A DNA stretch of 64,000 bases from the human T2T-CHM13v2.0 reference genome, Homo sapiens: the NCBI RefSeq assembly GCF_009914755.1, contig NC_060930.1; one strand, written 5' to 3'. Shown here piece after piece: positions 15,836 through 28,600 of the stretch. How positions within the stretch are numbered: position 1 is the first letter of the stretch; every line of letters starts with the position of its first letter. A program made the position numbers and the translations under genes. The notes beneath the pieces were generated by a model. That model worked only from the letters and a program-made list of their open reading frames with translations. It had not been told where the DNA came from and made no database searches.

Positions 15836-16630
15836 TCACTTTCGGCTTCAACCTTTTTCATTCACTTATATCTGTGGGAGAGGTCAGGAAAAGACCAGGA
15901 ATATATTCTCCCTTTCAGACATTCATTGCATTAGGCTCTCAGTATAAACTGGATCCTGAAGTCAAACAAATAAATCACTTACAGGAATCTGGCATCTTTC
16001 CTCAATACATCAATAAAGAAGAGTGTGTGGTGGGGGGCTGTGAGTGCACACAAGTGTGTGTTCTTTTCTTTTAAACATTTATTACTAAATTAGTGAACAT
16101 TATATTTGCTTCATTGCATAATAATTTGGAATACCCTTTGCTTGTAGTATAAATTTCAAATCACCTCATAAGTTGCATAAAAATGAAATGTGTTCCCTTC
16201 ATGAGTCAAACTACCATAGGACATCCAAAACACTTTGAAAACATTATGTATAATACAGTAGAGCCAACACACCATAAACATGTACACTAACACAACAATT
16301 TCACACACAAAATGGCTTACCAATGTATTTTCATAATTGAATTCTGTTGTCTTTCTAAGAGAAATTCTGTCATCAGTTAAAGTAACTTAATTTGCATGCA
16401 TTATATGTGGTAAGACATCCAAGCTTAGGTAACTGTCTCTTCTGTCATCATAGTTATATCTTATCTTCAGTGTGGGTACGACTGGGCTTTATTCTGATCT
16501 CAGTCCCTGTGTCAGCTAGCTTGGAATCGTCACCCATCACTACAGCCACTATTTTGCTTATATCTCATGCTACTTATTCACATTATTCTATCATAGGATT
16601 CACCTGGAAAAATAACTCCTGGAACAATCC

Positions 16631-16742
16631 TAGGTTGACTAACCATGTGGGATTGCCAAGGAGTGGAGGGATTCCGAGGACCACAGGACTACCAGTGCTA
16701 AAACTGGGAATATCCCAGGCAAGCCAAGAAGGCTGGGAAGCT
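16631..16742. mobile_element. MER81 (hAT-Blackjack MITE)
   Basis: taggttgactaacc...cagtgctaaaactggga...cccaggcaagcc resembles MER81; ~110 bp. Confidence 0.7.
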
Positions 16743-16759
16743 TGAAACCAACTGTCTAG

Positions 16760-17590
16760 TCATGCTCCTTCTCTGTTCCTTGCCCATTTTTCTCTGTGGA
16801 CCCAGCTCACTCCTGGGAAACTATTTCTGCTCCTTACTCTCCATGGCATATCCAATGGGGCACCAATGATTATGTCCTTCCCTCTTGGGGTTTTCACAGC
16901 CCCCACAGGCCTTCTGTTGATGCAGTCTGAGAGCTAAGCATTGTTTTTCCTTTCTTAACACTATAATTGAACTTTAAATTTTGTGAGTTTCTGATCTACC
17001 TGCCTTCAGTCAGCTACATGTGGCAACAACCACAACCATTTTTCCCCCTAGACATAACTTTCAAGCCTGATTTCTTTTTGTCCCTATATCAGTCTCTCTC
17101 AATTTAATGTTAATTAGCTTGAGACCATCTGAAAATTAGGCTTGGAGCAAAAGACACTCAGAGCCAAGTCTCTTTGAATAACTTATAAATCTTAATGAAC
17201 ATTTTTCATCTCAACCTTTTTTACTTTCTTTCTTTTCTATTCCTGCTGTGATCAGGAGGCAGCTGAATTTTCAAACATGTGCAAGTCACAATGTTTTTAA
17301 TCTAATCTCACCTATGTCTTTTGGTTCCATGCTAAAAGCAGAGAGTAAAAGATGTTATACCACATTTTGACTTTTTCCAATCTCTTATCCTAGAATACAT
17401 CTCAGTAGACATATGGATTGCTTTTCAGGTTTGACATGTGGCATTTTATCTAATATTTTGCCACTGCATTTAAGAGATGCCTCCTTTCCAATCTAGATCA
17501 GTTTCTTACTGTCTTTTTTTGTGAATACTAGGACGATTTCTGTTTTGGCAGCACCCCACTTCAAAGGTAACAATTTTTGTACTGTTTCAG
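16760..17590 (-). mobile_element. Decayed MaLR (MLT1) internal-like sequence
   Basis: Ends ggcagcaccccacttc...ggtaacaatttttgta, like the MaLR internal/LTR junction; remainder very diverged. Confidence 0.35.
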
Positions 17591-17631
17591 TTAATTCTAG
17601 CTCTTTTCAAAATACATTTCAGTGAGTTAAC

Positions 17632-17820
17632 CCAATTGGATGGTGTCCACTCACACTGGAGAGGACTATCTGCTTTACGGAGTCCACTGATTCAAATGCT
17701 CATCTCATCTACTCATCTCATCTAGAAACACCCCCACAGACAGTCCCAGAGATAATGTTTAGCCAAATATCTGGGCACTCTATAATCTAGTCAAGCTGAC
17801 ACATAAAATTAACCATCACA
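17632..17820 (-). mobile_element. Partial MLT2 (ERV-L) LTR, inverted relative to adjacent internal sequence
   Basis: Ends gacacataaaattaaccatcaca, the reverse complement of the MLT2 start tgtgatggttaattttatgtgtc; alignable by eye to 23257-23430. Confidence 0.9.
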
Positions 17821-19026
17821 CCACTGAAAGAGTTGAAAGCTTCTATGTGTGCCCTGAAGGAGACCCTTGTCTCCTACAGCAGCAAGACTGAGATTGCTGA
17901 AAATTAAACTCAGAATCTTATCCTTCAACTGGCTGAACTGCAATGCAAGTTGAGCTCCCACCCTCACAAAGTTCTACTGTTAAAGGGAGGGCATTGATTG
18001 GGGAAGAATAGGATTTTGTAAGTTGGTGTAAGAATGGGTGGGAAGAAATTGATGAAGCTACAGTAATTGAGCCCAGATAATGCTGAGCTTTCTTTGCCAG
18101 TAGAAGAAGACTCCCACCCCCAGCAGAATTAGCTTCCCTATCCCCAGTAGAAGCAACCTCCCCAGCCCCACCTGAGATGACTCACTAACAGTGCATTGCC
18201 TAAGGAAACTGTAGTGGCTGGCCTCCCAGGAGGCAGTTGCCATGCAAGACAATGCTGATTCTCCCCAAAACCCACTCTCACCACCCCTATTAGTTTTTAG
18301 ACTTATAACATGACCCAAGTTCCAGCAGGCCCCTAAAATCGAGTACAAAGTGTGGCCCTTAAAGAGGTAAACTACACTTCAAAAGAATTACTTGGTTTTT
18401 CTCATTACTACAGTCAGAAATCCAAGGAACATGTGTGGGAAAGGATACTAAAGGTGTGGGATAATGGTGGAAGGAACATAAAATTGGATCAAGACAAATG
18501 TGTTGATATGGGCCCAATAAGAATATTCTGGATTTAAGGTTGCAGCTCAGGGAGTTAGAAAGGGCTTTCATAGTTGGTTTGGTTGATTAGCTAAAATATG
18601 GGCCAAAAAGCAGCCCACAGTAAGCAAGTTAAAAATGTCAGCCCTGCTTTGGTTTAATGAAGAAGGACTTCAAAGGCTTAGGGAGACTGGACACATGCAC
18701 TCTGGGAAGGTCCAGAAGACATACCTTTCACCACGAGTGTGAGAAATAAATGTGTGAGGGAAGCCCCAACATTCTCAAAGAGATCTGTGGTTGCTTTTCT
18801 CTATCGGACAGACCTCACAGTAGGAAGTGCAGCCACTGAATGGGGAAACCTAAACACATTGGAAGTAATTGTATTCTGGAGGGACAGTGGCCAAGTGGAG
18901 GCACTGTCCAATGGCAAGGTGGGTGTGTATGGTAAAGAACAGCAAAGCGAAAGCAGACATCAGAATACTGACTCAAAGACCTATGATGTTTGCTGGTTGA
19001 TTATGGTGCTACTAGAAGTAAAATAG
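17821..19026 (+). pseudogene. gag: ERV-L gag remnant (5'-truncated)
   Basis: ORF fragments 18352-18537 and 18739-19026 resemble ERV-L Gag; disrupted. Confidence 0.75.
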
Positions 19027-19199
19027 AAAGCTTACCAAATTCTTATTTGATCAGAATATGCAGAAAAGTTTAAGTCAAGTGAACACGACTATAACCTAAA
19101 TTACAAGCAGACGGTCATGATCCCTTAATAAGTTGTCAGACTTGTGCCAGTTTTACAAACCCAAAACACCTTGAGCAAAGGTGAGGCTGGTTTCCCTTG

Positions 19200-22100
19200 A
19201 GGAATGACCTTGGCACACTACTGAAAATTTATACAGTTAATTTTTCTCTCAACCTTCCCCAAAAGGATGTACCTGCTTTTACTAGAGTAACTTGGCACTG
19301 GGTAAAAAGAAATAATAAGGCCTTTTGGGGACTGCCAGAAACTGTCTCTAAACTGACACCAATTTTAAGAGACAAAATGTCATTGCAGCCTACCCAGTCA
19401 GAGTAGAGGCTTATGAACCTCAGGTGATCAATGGAGTTTTACTTCAGGGCCATCTCACAGTGGTTCCAGTGGGTCCTTGAACCCATTCTGTGGTTATTTG
19501 CAAAGGCCCAGAATGCATAATTGGAATAGAAATACTCAGGAGCTTACAGAATCCCTACGTTCCTGACCTGTGTTCCCTGACCTGTGTGATGAAGATTATT
19601 ATGGTAGGAAAGGCCAAGTGGAAGCCACTAGAACTGCATCTACTTGGGAAAATGATAAATCGAAAGCATGCTGCATCCCTGGAGGGGCTGCAGAGATTAG
19701 TGCCACCATCAAAGGGTTAAAGGTTGCAGGGCTGGCAATTCCCACTACATCCCCATTCAACTCACCTATTTAGCATGTGCAAAAGACAGATTAATCTTGG
19801 AGGACGACAGTGGATTATTGTAAGCTTAAATAGGTGGTGGCTTCAATTGCAGTTACTGTACCAGAAGTGGCTTCATTAGTTGAGCAAATTAACATATCTA
19901 TGGGTACCTGATATACAGCTATTGATCTGGCAAATTTCCTTTTCTCCATCCTTGTCAATAAGACATACCAGAACCACTTTTTGTTCTAATGGTAAGGGCA
20001 AAACTACACCTTCACTGCCATACCTCTTGGATATATCAAATCTCGAGTCTTATGTCATGATTGCTTTTCCCTTCCACAATATATCACACTGGTCTGTTAC
20101 ATTGATGACATGCTTATTGGACCTAGTGAGAAAGAAGTAGCAACTACTCTAGACTTACTGGTAAGACGTGTGTGCCAGAAAGTGGGAAATAAATCTGACC
20201 AAAAATCAAGGGCCTTTTACATCAGTGACATGTCTAGGGGTCCTGTGGTGTGGGTCATGTCAAGATAACTCTTCTGAATTGAAGAACAATTTGCTGCATC
20301 TATCCCCTTCTACAACCAAAAAAGAGGTGCAATGCCTACTGGGCCTCTTTGGAGTTTGGAAGTAACATATTTCTCATCTAGGTGTGTTACTCTGGCCCAT
20401 TTACCAAGTGACTTGAAAAGCTCCTAGCTTTGAGTGGGGCTGAGAGCAGGAGAAAAGTCTGCAGCAGGTCCAGGCTGATGTGCAAATCTCTCTGCCACTT
20501 AAGGCAATCCAATAGTGCTTAAAGTGTCATTGACAAAGAGGACTGCTGTCTGGAGTCTTTGTCAGGCCTCTTGAGGTAAATCTTACAGTGGGTCCTTAGA
20601 ATTTTGGTGCAAGGCCTTGCCGTCATTGTCTGCAGATGACTACTCCCCTTTTACGAAATCGATCTTGGCCTGCTTCTGGGCCTTTGTAGACACTGAATGC
20701 TTAACCATGGGTTACCAAAATATCATATGACCTGAACTGCCCATTATGAACTGGATGTTATCTAACCCACCAGGTCATGAAGTTGGGCATGCACAGTAGC
20801 ATTCCATCACCAAATGGAAGCAGTTCATACTTGACTAGGCGCAAGCAGGCCCTGAAGGAACAAGTAAGTTACATGAAGAAGTTGCCAAAATGCCCATGGT
20901 CTCCACTCCTGATATGCCACCATCGCTCAGCCAGCCTGTACCTATAGCCTCATGGAAGGTACCTTACAGTCAGGTCACTGGATGAGAAGCCTGGCCTGGG
21001 CCCGGTTTACAGATGGTTCTGCATCTGTTTTCATATGTCTTAGTCAGTTTGGGATACTGTAACAAATATACTATAGACTAGGGACCTCTAAACAACAGAA
21101 ATTTATTTCTCACTGTTCTGGAAGTTGGAATCCCAAGATTAAAATGCCAGCATGGTCAGGTTCTGGAAAGAGCCTTCCTCTTTGTTGCAGAGAGCTAACT
21201 TCTCCTTTGATCCTCAAAAGGTGGAAGGAGATCTAGAGGGCTCCCTTGGGTCTCTTTTTATAAACGCACTAATCCCACTCAGGAGGACTCCACCCTCATG
21301 ACTTAACTACCTCCGAAAGGCTCCATCTCCTAATGCCATCATATTAAGGGTTAGGATTTTAACACATGAATTGTGGGGAAGCATAAACATTTAGTTCATT
21401 TCACATGACATGCAGGCACCACACAAAAGCGGACAGCTGCAACACTAGAGCCTCTTTCTGTGACATCCCTGAAGAACAGATGTAAAGAGAAATCCTCCCA
21501 GTAAGCAGAACTTAGAGCAGTGCAGCTAGTTGTTCACTTTGCTTGAAAGTAGAAATAGTCAGATGTGTGATTGTATAGTGATCACGGGCTGTGCCAATGG
21601 TTTGGCTGGATGGTCAGAGACTTGGAAGGAATATGATTCTAAAATTGGTTACAAAGAAATTTAGGGAAATACGTGAATATAGACCTCTCTGAATGAGAAA
21701 AAACCACAAAGATATTTGTGCACCGCATGAATGCTCACCAAATGGTGATGTCAGCAGAGGAAGACTTTAATAATCAAATGGATGACCTGTTCTGTGGATA
21801 CAACTCAGCCTCTTTCCCCAGCCAACCCTTTCATTGCCCATTGGGCTCGTGAACAAAGTGGCCATGGTGTCAGGGATGGAGGTTACAAGTGGACTCTGCA
21901 ACACGGACTTCCACTCATCAAGGCCAACCCAGCTGTGGCCACCACTGAATACCCAATCTGCCAGCAGCAGAGACCACTGAGTCCCTGAAATGGCCCCATT
22001 CCCAGGGTGATCAGCCAGCTACCTGCTAACACATTGATTACATTTGTTCATTTCCATCATAAAAGGGACATTATTTATATTCTTATTGGAAAAGACATTT

Positions 22101-22500
22101 AAGTGTGAATATAAATTTGCCTTCCCTGAATACAATTCTTCTTCATAAACTACCATCTGTGGACTTACAGGTGTTTGTACCCACTTTCATGGTGTTCCAC
22201 ACAGCATTGCCTCTGATCAAGGAACTCCCTTCACAACAGAAGTGCAGTAATAGGTCCTTGTTCATGGAATTCAGTGGTCTTACTGTGTTCCCCACTATCC
22301 TGAAACAGCTGGCCTTAGAGAAGCCTGGAATTAATTTTTGAAGTGACAGTTACAGTGCCCACTGAGTGACAAAACCTTGCACAGCTGGGACACGTTTCTC
22401 CAGAAGGCTGCACATGCTCTTATTCAGCATCCAATATTTCATGCAATTTTTCTCATAGCCAAGATTCATAAGCCCAGGAACGAAGGGGCGAAAATGAGAG
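19200..22500 (+). pseudogene. pol: ERV-L pro/pol remnant (protease, RT, RNase H, integrase)
   Basis: tac att gat gac = YIDD at 20098-20109; TTKKEVQCLLGLFGVW (RT thumb); tttacagatggttctgca = FTDGSA (RNase H) at ~21006; WAREQSGHG...YPICQQ (degenerate HHCC); IASDQGT integrase motif near 22207. Confidence 0.9.
21036..21403 (-). mobile_element. MLT1A-type MaLR solo LTR inserted in ERV-L RNase H region
   Basis: tgtcttagtc...aaacaacagaaatttatttctcac...gcactaatccca...ccaccctcatgac...aaacatttagttcatttca; ERV-L pol resumes after it. Confidence 0.9.
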
Positions 22501-22559
22501 TAGCACCACTCACTATTATCCCTCAGAGCCACTAGAAAAATGTTTGCTTTCTGTTTCTG

Positions 22560-22960
22560 CAAGCTTGTGCTCTGATGGCCTAGAGGTCTTAATTCCAGAA
22601 GGAGGAACGCTTCCACCAGGAGACACAACGATGATTCCATTGAGCTGGAAGCTAAAAGCACTACCTGGCCACTTTAGGCTCCTCACGCCTCTGAGTCAAC
22701 AGGCAAAGATGGGAGTTAGTTGCTGGCTGTGGTGATCGATTCTGACTACCAATGGGAATTTAGACTGCTACTCTGCAAAGGTAAGAAGAAGCATGTCTGA
22801 AATACAGGAGATCCCTCAGAGTGTCTCTTAGTATTACCCTGCCCTCTGACTAAGGGCAATGGAGAACCAAAACATCCCAATCCAGGCAAGACTAGGAATG
22901 GTCCAGACTCTTCAGAAGTAAAGGTTTGGGTCATAGAATTACAACCAGCTGAGATGCTTG
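22560..22960 (+). pseudogene. ERV-L dUTPase remnant
   Basis: GLEVLIPEGGTLPPGDTTMIPLSWKLKALPGHF; gtgatcgattctgactaccaatgg (VIDSDYQ, motif 3-like); located after integrase as in ERV-L. Confidence 0.8.
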
Positions 22961-23256
22961 CTGAAGGCAAAAAGTACAGAGTGGGTAGCTAAGAAAAGAT
23001 TGTTATAAATAACAGCTACAATCATGTGGCCAGTTACAGAAACTAGCACTATACTTTTCTTAATTATTTACTCTTTATTTTGTTTTAATACATTATGTTT
23101 ACCTCCTTTCTGGAAAAGGGGTTATTGCACTTTGGGTTGTTCATAGGATAGGTGTATTATGTTAGGCAGAATTATGACCTTGTTATTGTCTTTATTTGGA
23201 GGCTAAGTATGATTTAAGGAGATGAGTATAAGTGCCAAACTGACAAAGGATGGACT

Positions 23257-23685
23257 TGTGATGGTTAATTTCATGCATCAAGTTGATTGGATGATAGGGT
23301 ATCCAGATGTTTGACTAAATATGATTTCTGATTGTGTCTGTGAGGAAGTTTCCAGATAAGATTAGCATTTGAATCAGTGACCCAGTAAAGCAGGTTGCTC
23401 TCTCCAATGTGAGTGGACATGATCCAATCTACTGAGTGCTTAAAAAGAACAAAACGTGGAGGAAAGGAGACTTTGCCCATTCCGCCTGACTACTAAACTG
23501 AAACTTTAGTTTTTTCCTGCCCTTAGACTGGGACTTACACCGTTGGCCCTCTTGAGTCTCCAGCTTGCAGATGACAGATCATGGGACATCTCAGCCTCTG
23601 CAACTGCATGAATCAATTCCTCATAATAAATCTTTTCATATATTTCCTATTGGTTCTGTTTCTCTGGAGAACTCTTAATAATATG
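23257..23685 (+). mobile_element. MLT2 (B/C/D-type) 3' LTR of the ERV-L
   Basis: tgtgatggttaattt start; gattagcatttgaatcagt; aataaa; cctattggttctgtttctctggagaac end. Confidence 0.93.
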
Positions 23686-23689
23686 CATA

Positions 23690-24175
23690 GCTTACAAAAT
23701 CTTATATCTGCTGACATCTCAAAACCCATCTCTTACCACTCATTCTCATACTTTTCCCTCCAGCTGCACTAAGTCACTGTTAGATCCTACAGCTGGTAGT
23801 TTCATTCTCTTTTTCACATCTGAGACTTAATAGATGTTGTTTCTTCTGCCTGGTATCCTCTTCTCCCCATTTGTGCCCAAAGTTTTTCCTTGTGCAACTT
23901 TACGTATCTCACAGGTCTCACTTTGTCACCGACTCCTCAGGCATGCTTTCCCTAACCCAGGCCCAGGTTCAAGTTAAATACCCTTCTTACGTTGTCTCAG
24001 GGTAGCTCCCTCACATATTAACACTTAACAAGATGTGTATAATAACCCGAATAATTTTAGGTGTGGATTCCTCTGTGATACTGAGCATGCATGTCTTCCC
24101 TTTATAATTATGTGTGGCGTCTAGTACTCTTTTATGTATATAGTGGATGTTAAGAGCATGTTTGCTGCATTGACT
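23690..24175 (+). mobile_element. L2 3' fragment
   Basis: tgttgtttcttctgcctgg, gcatgctttccctaaccc and degenerate L2 tail. Confidence 0.55.
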
Positions 24176-25129
24176 TAAATTTAACTTATATGAGAAAATG
24201 TCTTTGAATAGTTGCTCAAATTATTTCCTTGTTATGAATAGAATAAAATGGTTAGGTGAGGTCATCCATTGTACATCCTTAAATTGAAGTTGGTAGACTG
24301 AATTTCATATGAGAAATCTTTCAGTGTCATCACCAAAATGAATCACGCATTTTTAGAAGCAAATGCAAATTGAGAAAACCAAATAAATAATTTGTGAGGA
24401 AATTTTACCTTTGCCTTGCAAACCAAATATATCTGGTGTAAAACATCTATCTAGTCACAACACCTATCTAGTCACAAAACTGCAGAAAAAAAATACACGT
24501 ACTGTTTTAGATACAATTGATGGCTGCGGTCTGACACCTTATTATCTTAACTACAAAATTGTTCTTTGTTTTTTTGTGGGTTTTTTTTTCAATACTTACC
24601 AAATCTACCCTCAGTAGGTGCACATGTATTTAGTATCACTGACTTCAGGAAGAATAACAATAATGTAAAGTGTACTAAGTAGAATTACACCTTGGCTTTA
24701 TATAAAATTAAATAAATAAAATGTGTTACATATTTCTTTGCAGCTTACAAGATGACAAAATAATTCAAAAATAGACAAATGACTCTTTCCATATTGGTTT
24801 TATTATACTAGCAGTAAGAGACTCTTGGAATTACCAATAGTAAATGAATTAAAAATATCTCATTTTTCAGTAACTTAACTATGTGAAACTCAGAATATAT
24901 TTTAATTTGAATTAAACAAATGGTTTTTGCTCCCAAAATATATTTGACATGGCACTAGAAAATAAACCTTGAGAGAGACAAGTCTCTGCCTTCAAAGTTG
25001 ACTTAAAGAAAAATTAAAAGTAGTTGAGCATCCACTTACATACACTGTGGAGAACACTGATGTAAAATGTTTACGTATATGAACTGATTCAATTTTCAAC
25101 AAAGAAGAAAGCACTGACTTGAGCACAAT

Positions 25130-25260
25130 TTTTAATCGCCATCTGTGGATGAAGAAACAGAACCCCACAGGGAGTAAGTAACTTGCCCGAGGCCACGTGC
25201 CTAGTAAGTGCTACAGCCAGAATTTGAATTCAGACAGTTTGGTTCCATAGTCCATGCTCA
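25130..25260 (-). mobile_element. MIR
   Basis: gatgaagaaacaga...aagtaacttgcccgaggccac...ctagtaagtg...atttgaattcagacagtttggttcca (MIR core). Confidence 0.85.
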
Positions 25261-25409
25261 CATCTCATGCAAGTTAGGCTGATAAAATATTCACAAATGC
25301 ATAAAATGCAAGTCAGACTATGAGTACAAATTGTTAAATTAAAGCCCCTATGCATTCGCATATGATTTTTTTACTATCCTCTTCTTCTGAGTTCTCTCTC
25401 TTTTCTCTT

Positions 25410-25585
25410 AAAATGTTATATTTAATTGGAGACAACTTTATAGTCACGTGCAGATTTAAGAAATAATACAAAGAGACCCCTTCGTATAGTTTACCTAGTT
25501 TTCACCAATGACGACATTTTGCAATCCTATAGGACAGTATCACAACCAGGATATTGATATTGCTTTAGTTAAGACAAAAGGGCAT
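25410..25585 (-). mobile_element. L1MC 3' end fragment
   Basis: aagaaataatacaaagaga...tttacctagttt...tatcacaaccaggatattgat. Confidence 0.65.
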
Positions 25586-26494
25586 GTTCACAGGTCCCTG
25601 TGGGCTGTCCCTTTTCTGGTCTTTTTGCTGGAAAGAGCTGGCTTTTCTTGGGAACCTTTTTTTCTTCTGTACCTGCTGTTACTGGGTTGCTAATTCTACA
25701 TCTGGAAACTCACAGAACTCGCCACCATGACCATATCCTTTCTTGAATCCTAAGTCCCTGGCCTATTTGCCTGTTCTCCACCTTTCAGAGTTCCCTTTTG
25801 TTTGTTTTATTATGTAAGACCCATGGTATTTATTTAGACTTAGCAGAGAAACAGGGGAAAAATATCTACTGTATCTTTCCTGAGGCAGTCTCATTAAAAA
25901 AAAAAAAAAAAAAAAGGCTAATCTACACTTTCATTTCCATACTCAACTCCCACTCACTTCCTGGGAAAGTTATTGGTATAGGTTACTCATCCATTCTCTA
26001 TTTTCCCATCCCATCTAGTGATGATCTTGACAATAACATTTACCACTGAGTGCAGTTATGGTATGCTTACCTATCTGTAAAACTTGGAAGAAGCCTTCCA
26101 ACTTGCAACTCGGGATACCAAAAGCACATCAGAGATTGTGATTTCTCACCACATGCCATTCAGGGAGAATATGCCAAACTCATTCCATTTCTGGTGTGTG
26201 TAGTGGAGAGGCTGGTGGGGGGACTCTCAGCTAGGAATGCACCAAGGGCCTGCTGGAATAGAAGCAATATAAAAGTAGCTCTGTAAGGAATCTAATCTAT
26301 ACTAAGGACATAAGAGTGCAGGGTCACCTCCACAAAACTTTTCTCATGCAAATGAATTTCTAATCCTTTTGTTTGTCCCTAAGTTCTCAGGAAGTAGATG
26401 GTATGCCTCACTACTCAGAACTTCTAACACATTACTCTCTTCAGGGCCAAAGTCACTGGTTCTTTCCTGAGCTCTTATCACTAAAGTTGTATTT

Positions 26495-26817
26495 CAGTCA
26501 GCCCTCCCCATTTGTGGAATCCACATCTATGAATTCAAATAAAACAGATTGAAAATATTCAGGAAAAAATTCCACACAGTTCTAAAAAATAAAATTTGAA
26601 TTTTGTGTGCCGAGTAACATGTTGAATGCATGCAAATGAAGTGATGTGTAGGCATGGAATGAAGTATTGTAAGTAATCTAGAGATGACTTAGGGTATACT
26701 GGATGTGTGGAGGTTATATGCAAATGCTATGCTGTTTGATATCAGGGGCTTGAGCATCTGAGGATTTTGGTATCTGCGAGAGGATCCCGGAACCAATTAC
26801 CCGTGTATACCAGGGTT
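26495..26817 (-). mobile_element. MER2B-type Tigger MITE
   Basis: cagtcagccctcc start; gtaatctagagatga; aggttatatgcaaat; cttgagcatctgaggattttggtatc; ggaaccaat. Confidence 0.85.
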
Positions 26818-27240
26818 GCCTTTATTTTGCCAGGGCTTTCATAACAAAGCACCACAGAATGGTTGGCTTAACCAACAGAACTGCACCGCCTTACAGTTCT
26901 GGGGGCTAAAAGGCTACGATCAAGTTGCTAATGGGGTTGGTTCCTTCTGGGGACTGCGAGGGAAGGAACTGTTGAGGCCTTCCTTCTCGCTCTTAGCATT
27001 TTCTTGACTTGTGTCAACATAATTCTTTTGCACAGCATTCCTCCTGTCTATGCATCTTTACCAAATTTCCCTTTTTGATACGGACACCAGTCATGTCGGA
27101 ATAGGGCCCATCCTAATGACATCATTTTACCATAAATACTTTTTTAAAGACCCTGTCTCAAAATAAGGTTACATCCTGAGATATTAAGGGTTGAGATGTC
27201 AATATATAAATTTGGGGAAGACACAACACAATCTATAACA
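26818..27240 (-). mobile_element. MLT1B/C-type MaLR LTR
   Basis: ataacaaagcaccacaga...ggcttaaccaacagaaa...ggacaccagtcat...gacacaacacaatctataaca. Confidence 0.8.
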
Positions 27241-27504
27241 AAGGCCATAGATCTTAAAAGGTTTATGGATTTCTATTGCCTTTAACAACTAAATTCTCTA
27301 CTAGATTATAACAAAGACAGTGACCAAATCATTCTGTCTCCTCTCCATGTCTATCTTTACTATAAATCTGTACTTAAAATAAATATTTTGGAATGCTAAA
27401 GATTTAAATAAATGTATTTACATGAATGGAAAAGCTCCTACAAATTATTTTGTCTCTATTTCTTTTTTTTTCCAACATTTTTTGTCTTTGCTTTTCACTT
27501 CTTT

Positions 27505-28025
<521 letters not shown>

Positions 28026-28121
28026 TATTCCAATCCTCAAGCTTCCAACTCTAGAAAATTGCATGTCTATTACAGTAAACTTGACATTTTATCTCTTTTG
28101 GTGTTCACATGATATTGTCTC

Positions 28122-28224
28122 TTTTTTTCTTTTTTCTTTTTTTTTAAGACAGTCTTGCTGTGTCACCCAGGCTAATGTCCAGTGGTATGATCTCAGCTCA
28201 CTGTAACCTCTGCCTCCTGGGTTC
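28122..28224 (-). mobile_element. 5'-truncated Alu (right-arm end)
   Basis: poly-T then agacagtcttgctgtgtcacccaggct...ctctgcctcctgggttca. Confidence 0.9.
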
Positions 28225-28339
28225 ACTTGATTGTCTGTTTTAAAATAAGTAGAGATTTTTGTTGTGCTTCATATGCTAAGTAAATTTTATTTGTATCTTG
28301 AATATTTTGAATTATTTTTAATTTTAGAATTGTTTTGGG

Positions 28340-28600
28340 TTTTTATTCTTTAATTGGCAAACAATAATTGTACAAATTCATGGGGAACATAGTGATGTCT
28401 CAATACATATAATGTATAGAGATCAAGTCAGGGTAATTAGCATATCATCATCTCAAAAGTTTATCATGTCTTTGTGTTAGGAACATTCAATATCTTCCTT
28501 CTAGCTATTTGAAATGATATATTACTGTTAACTCTAGCTATCCTATGGTGACATAGCACACTGGAAATTGTTTCTGCTATCTGCTGTGGTTTTGGATCCT
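28340..28600 (-). mobile_element. L1MA 3' end fragment
   Basis: ataattgtacaaattcatgggg..catagtgatg...tcagggtaattagcatatc...ttctagctatttgaaa. Confidence 0.85.

Larger units (their letters stand above)
17821..23256 (+). mobile_element. ERV-L (ERVL-B4/HERVL-type) internal region, decayed: gag-pro-pol-dUTPase, no env
   Basis: Gag-like EHVWERILKVWDNGGRNIKLDQ; protease-like PECIIGIEIL; RT-like IPTTSPFNSPI and YIDD; purine-rich aaaggatggact before the 3' LTR; many stops and frameshifts. Confidence 0.95.

Noticed and set aside
18352-22735. Possible domesticated ERV-L gene
   Set aside because: All frames are broken into pieces under ~100 aa by stops, frameshifts and an LTR insertion
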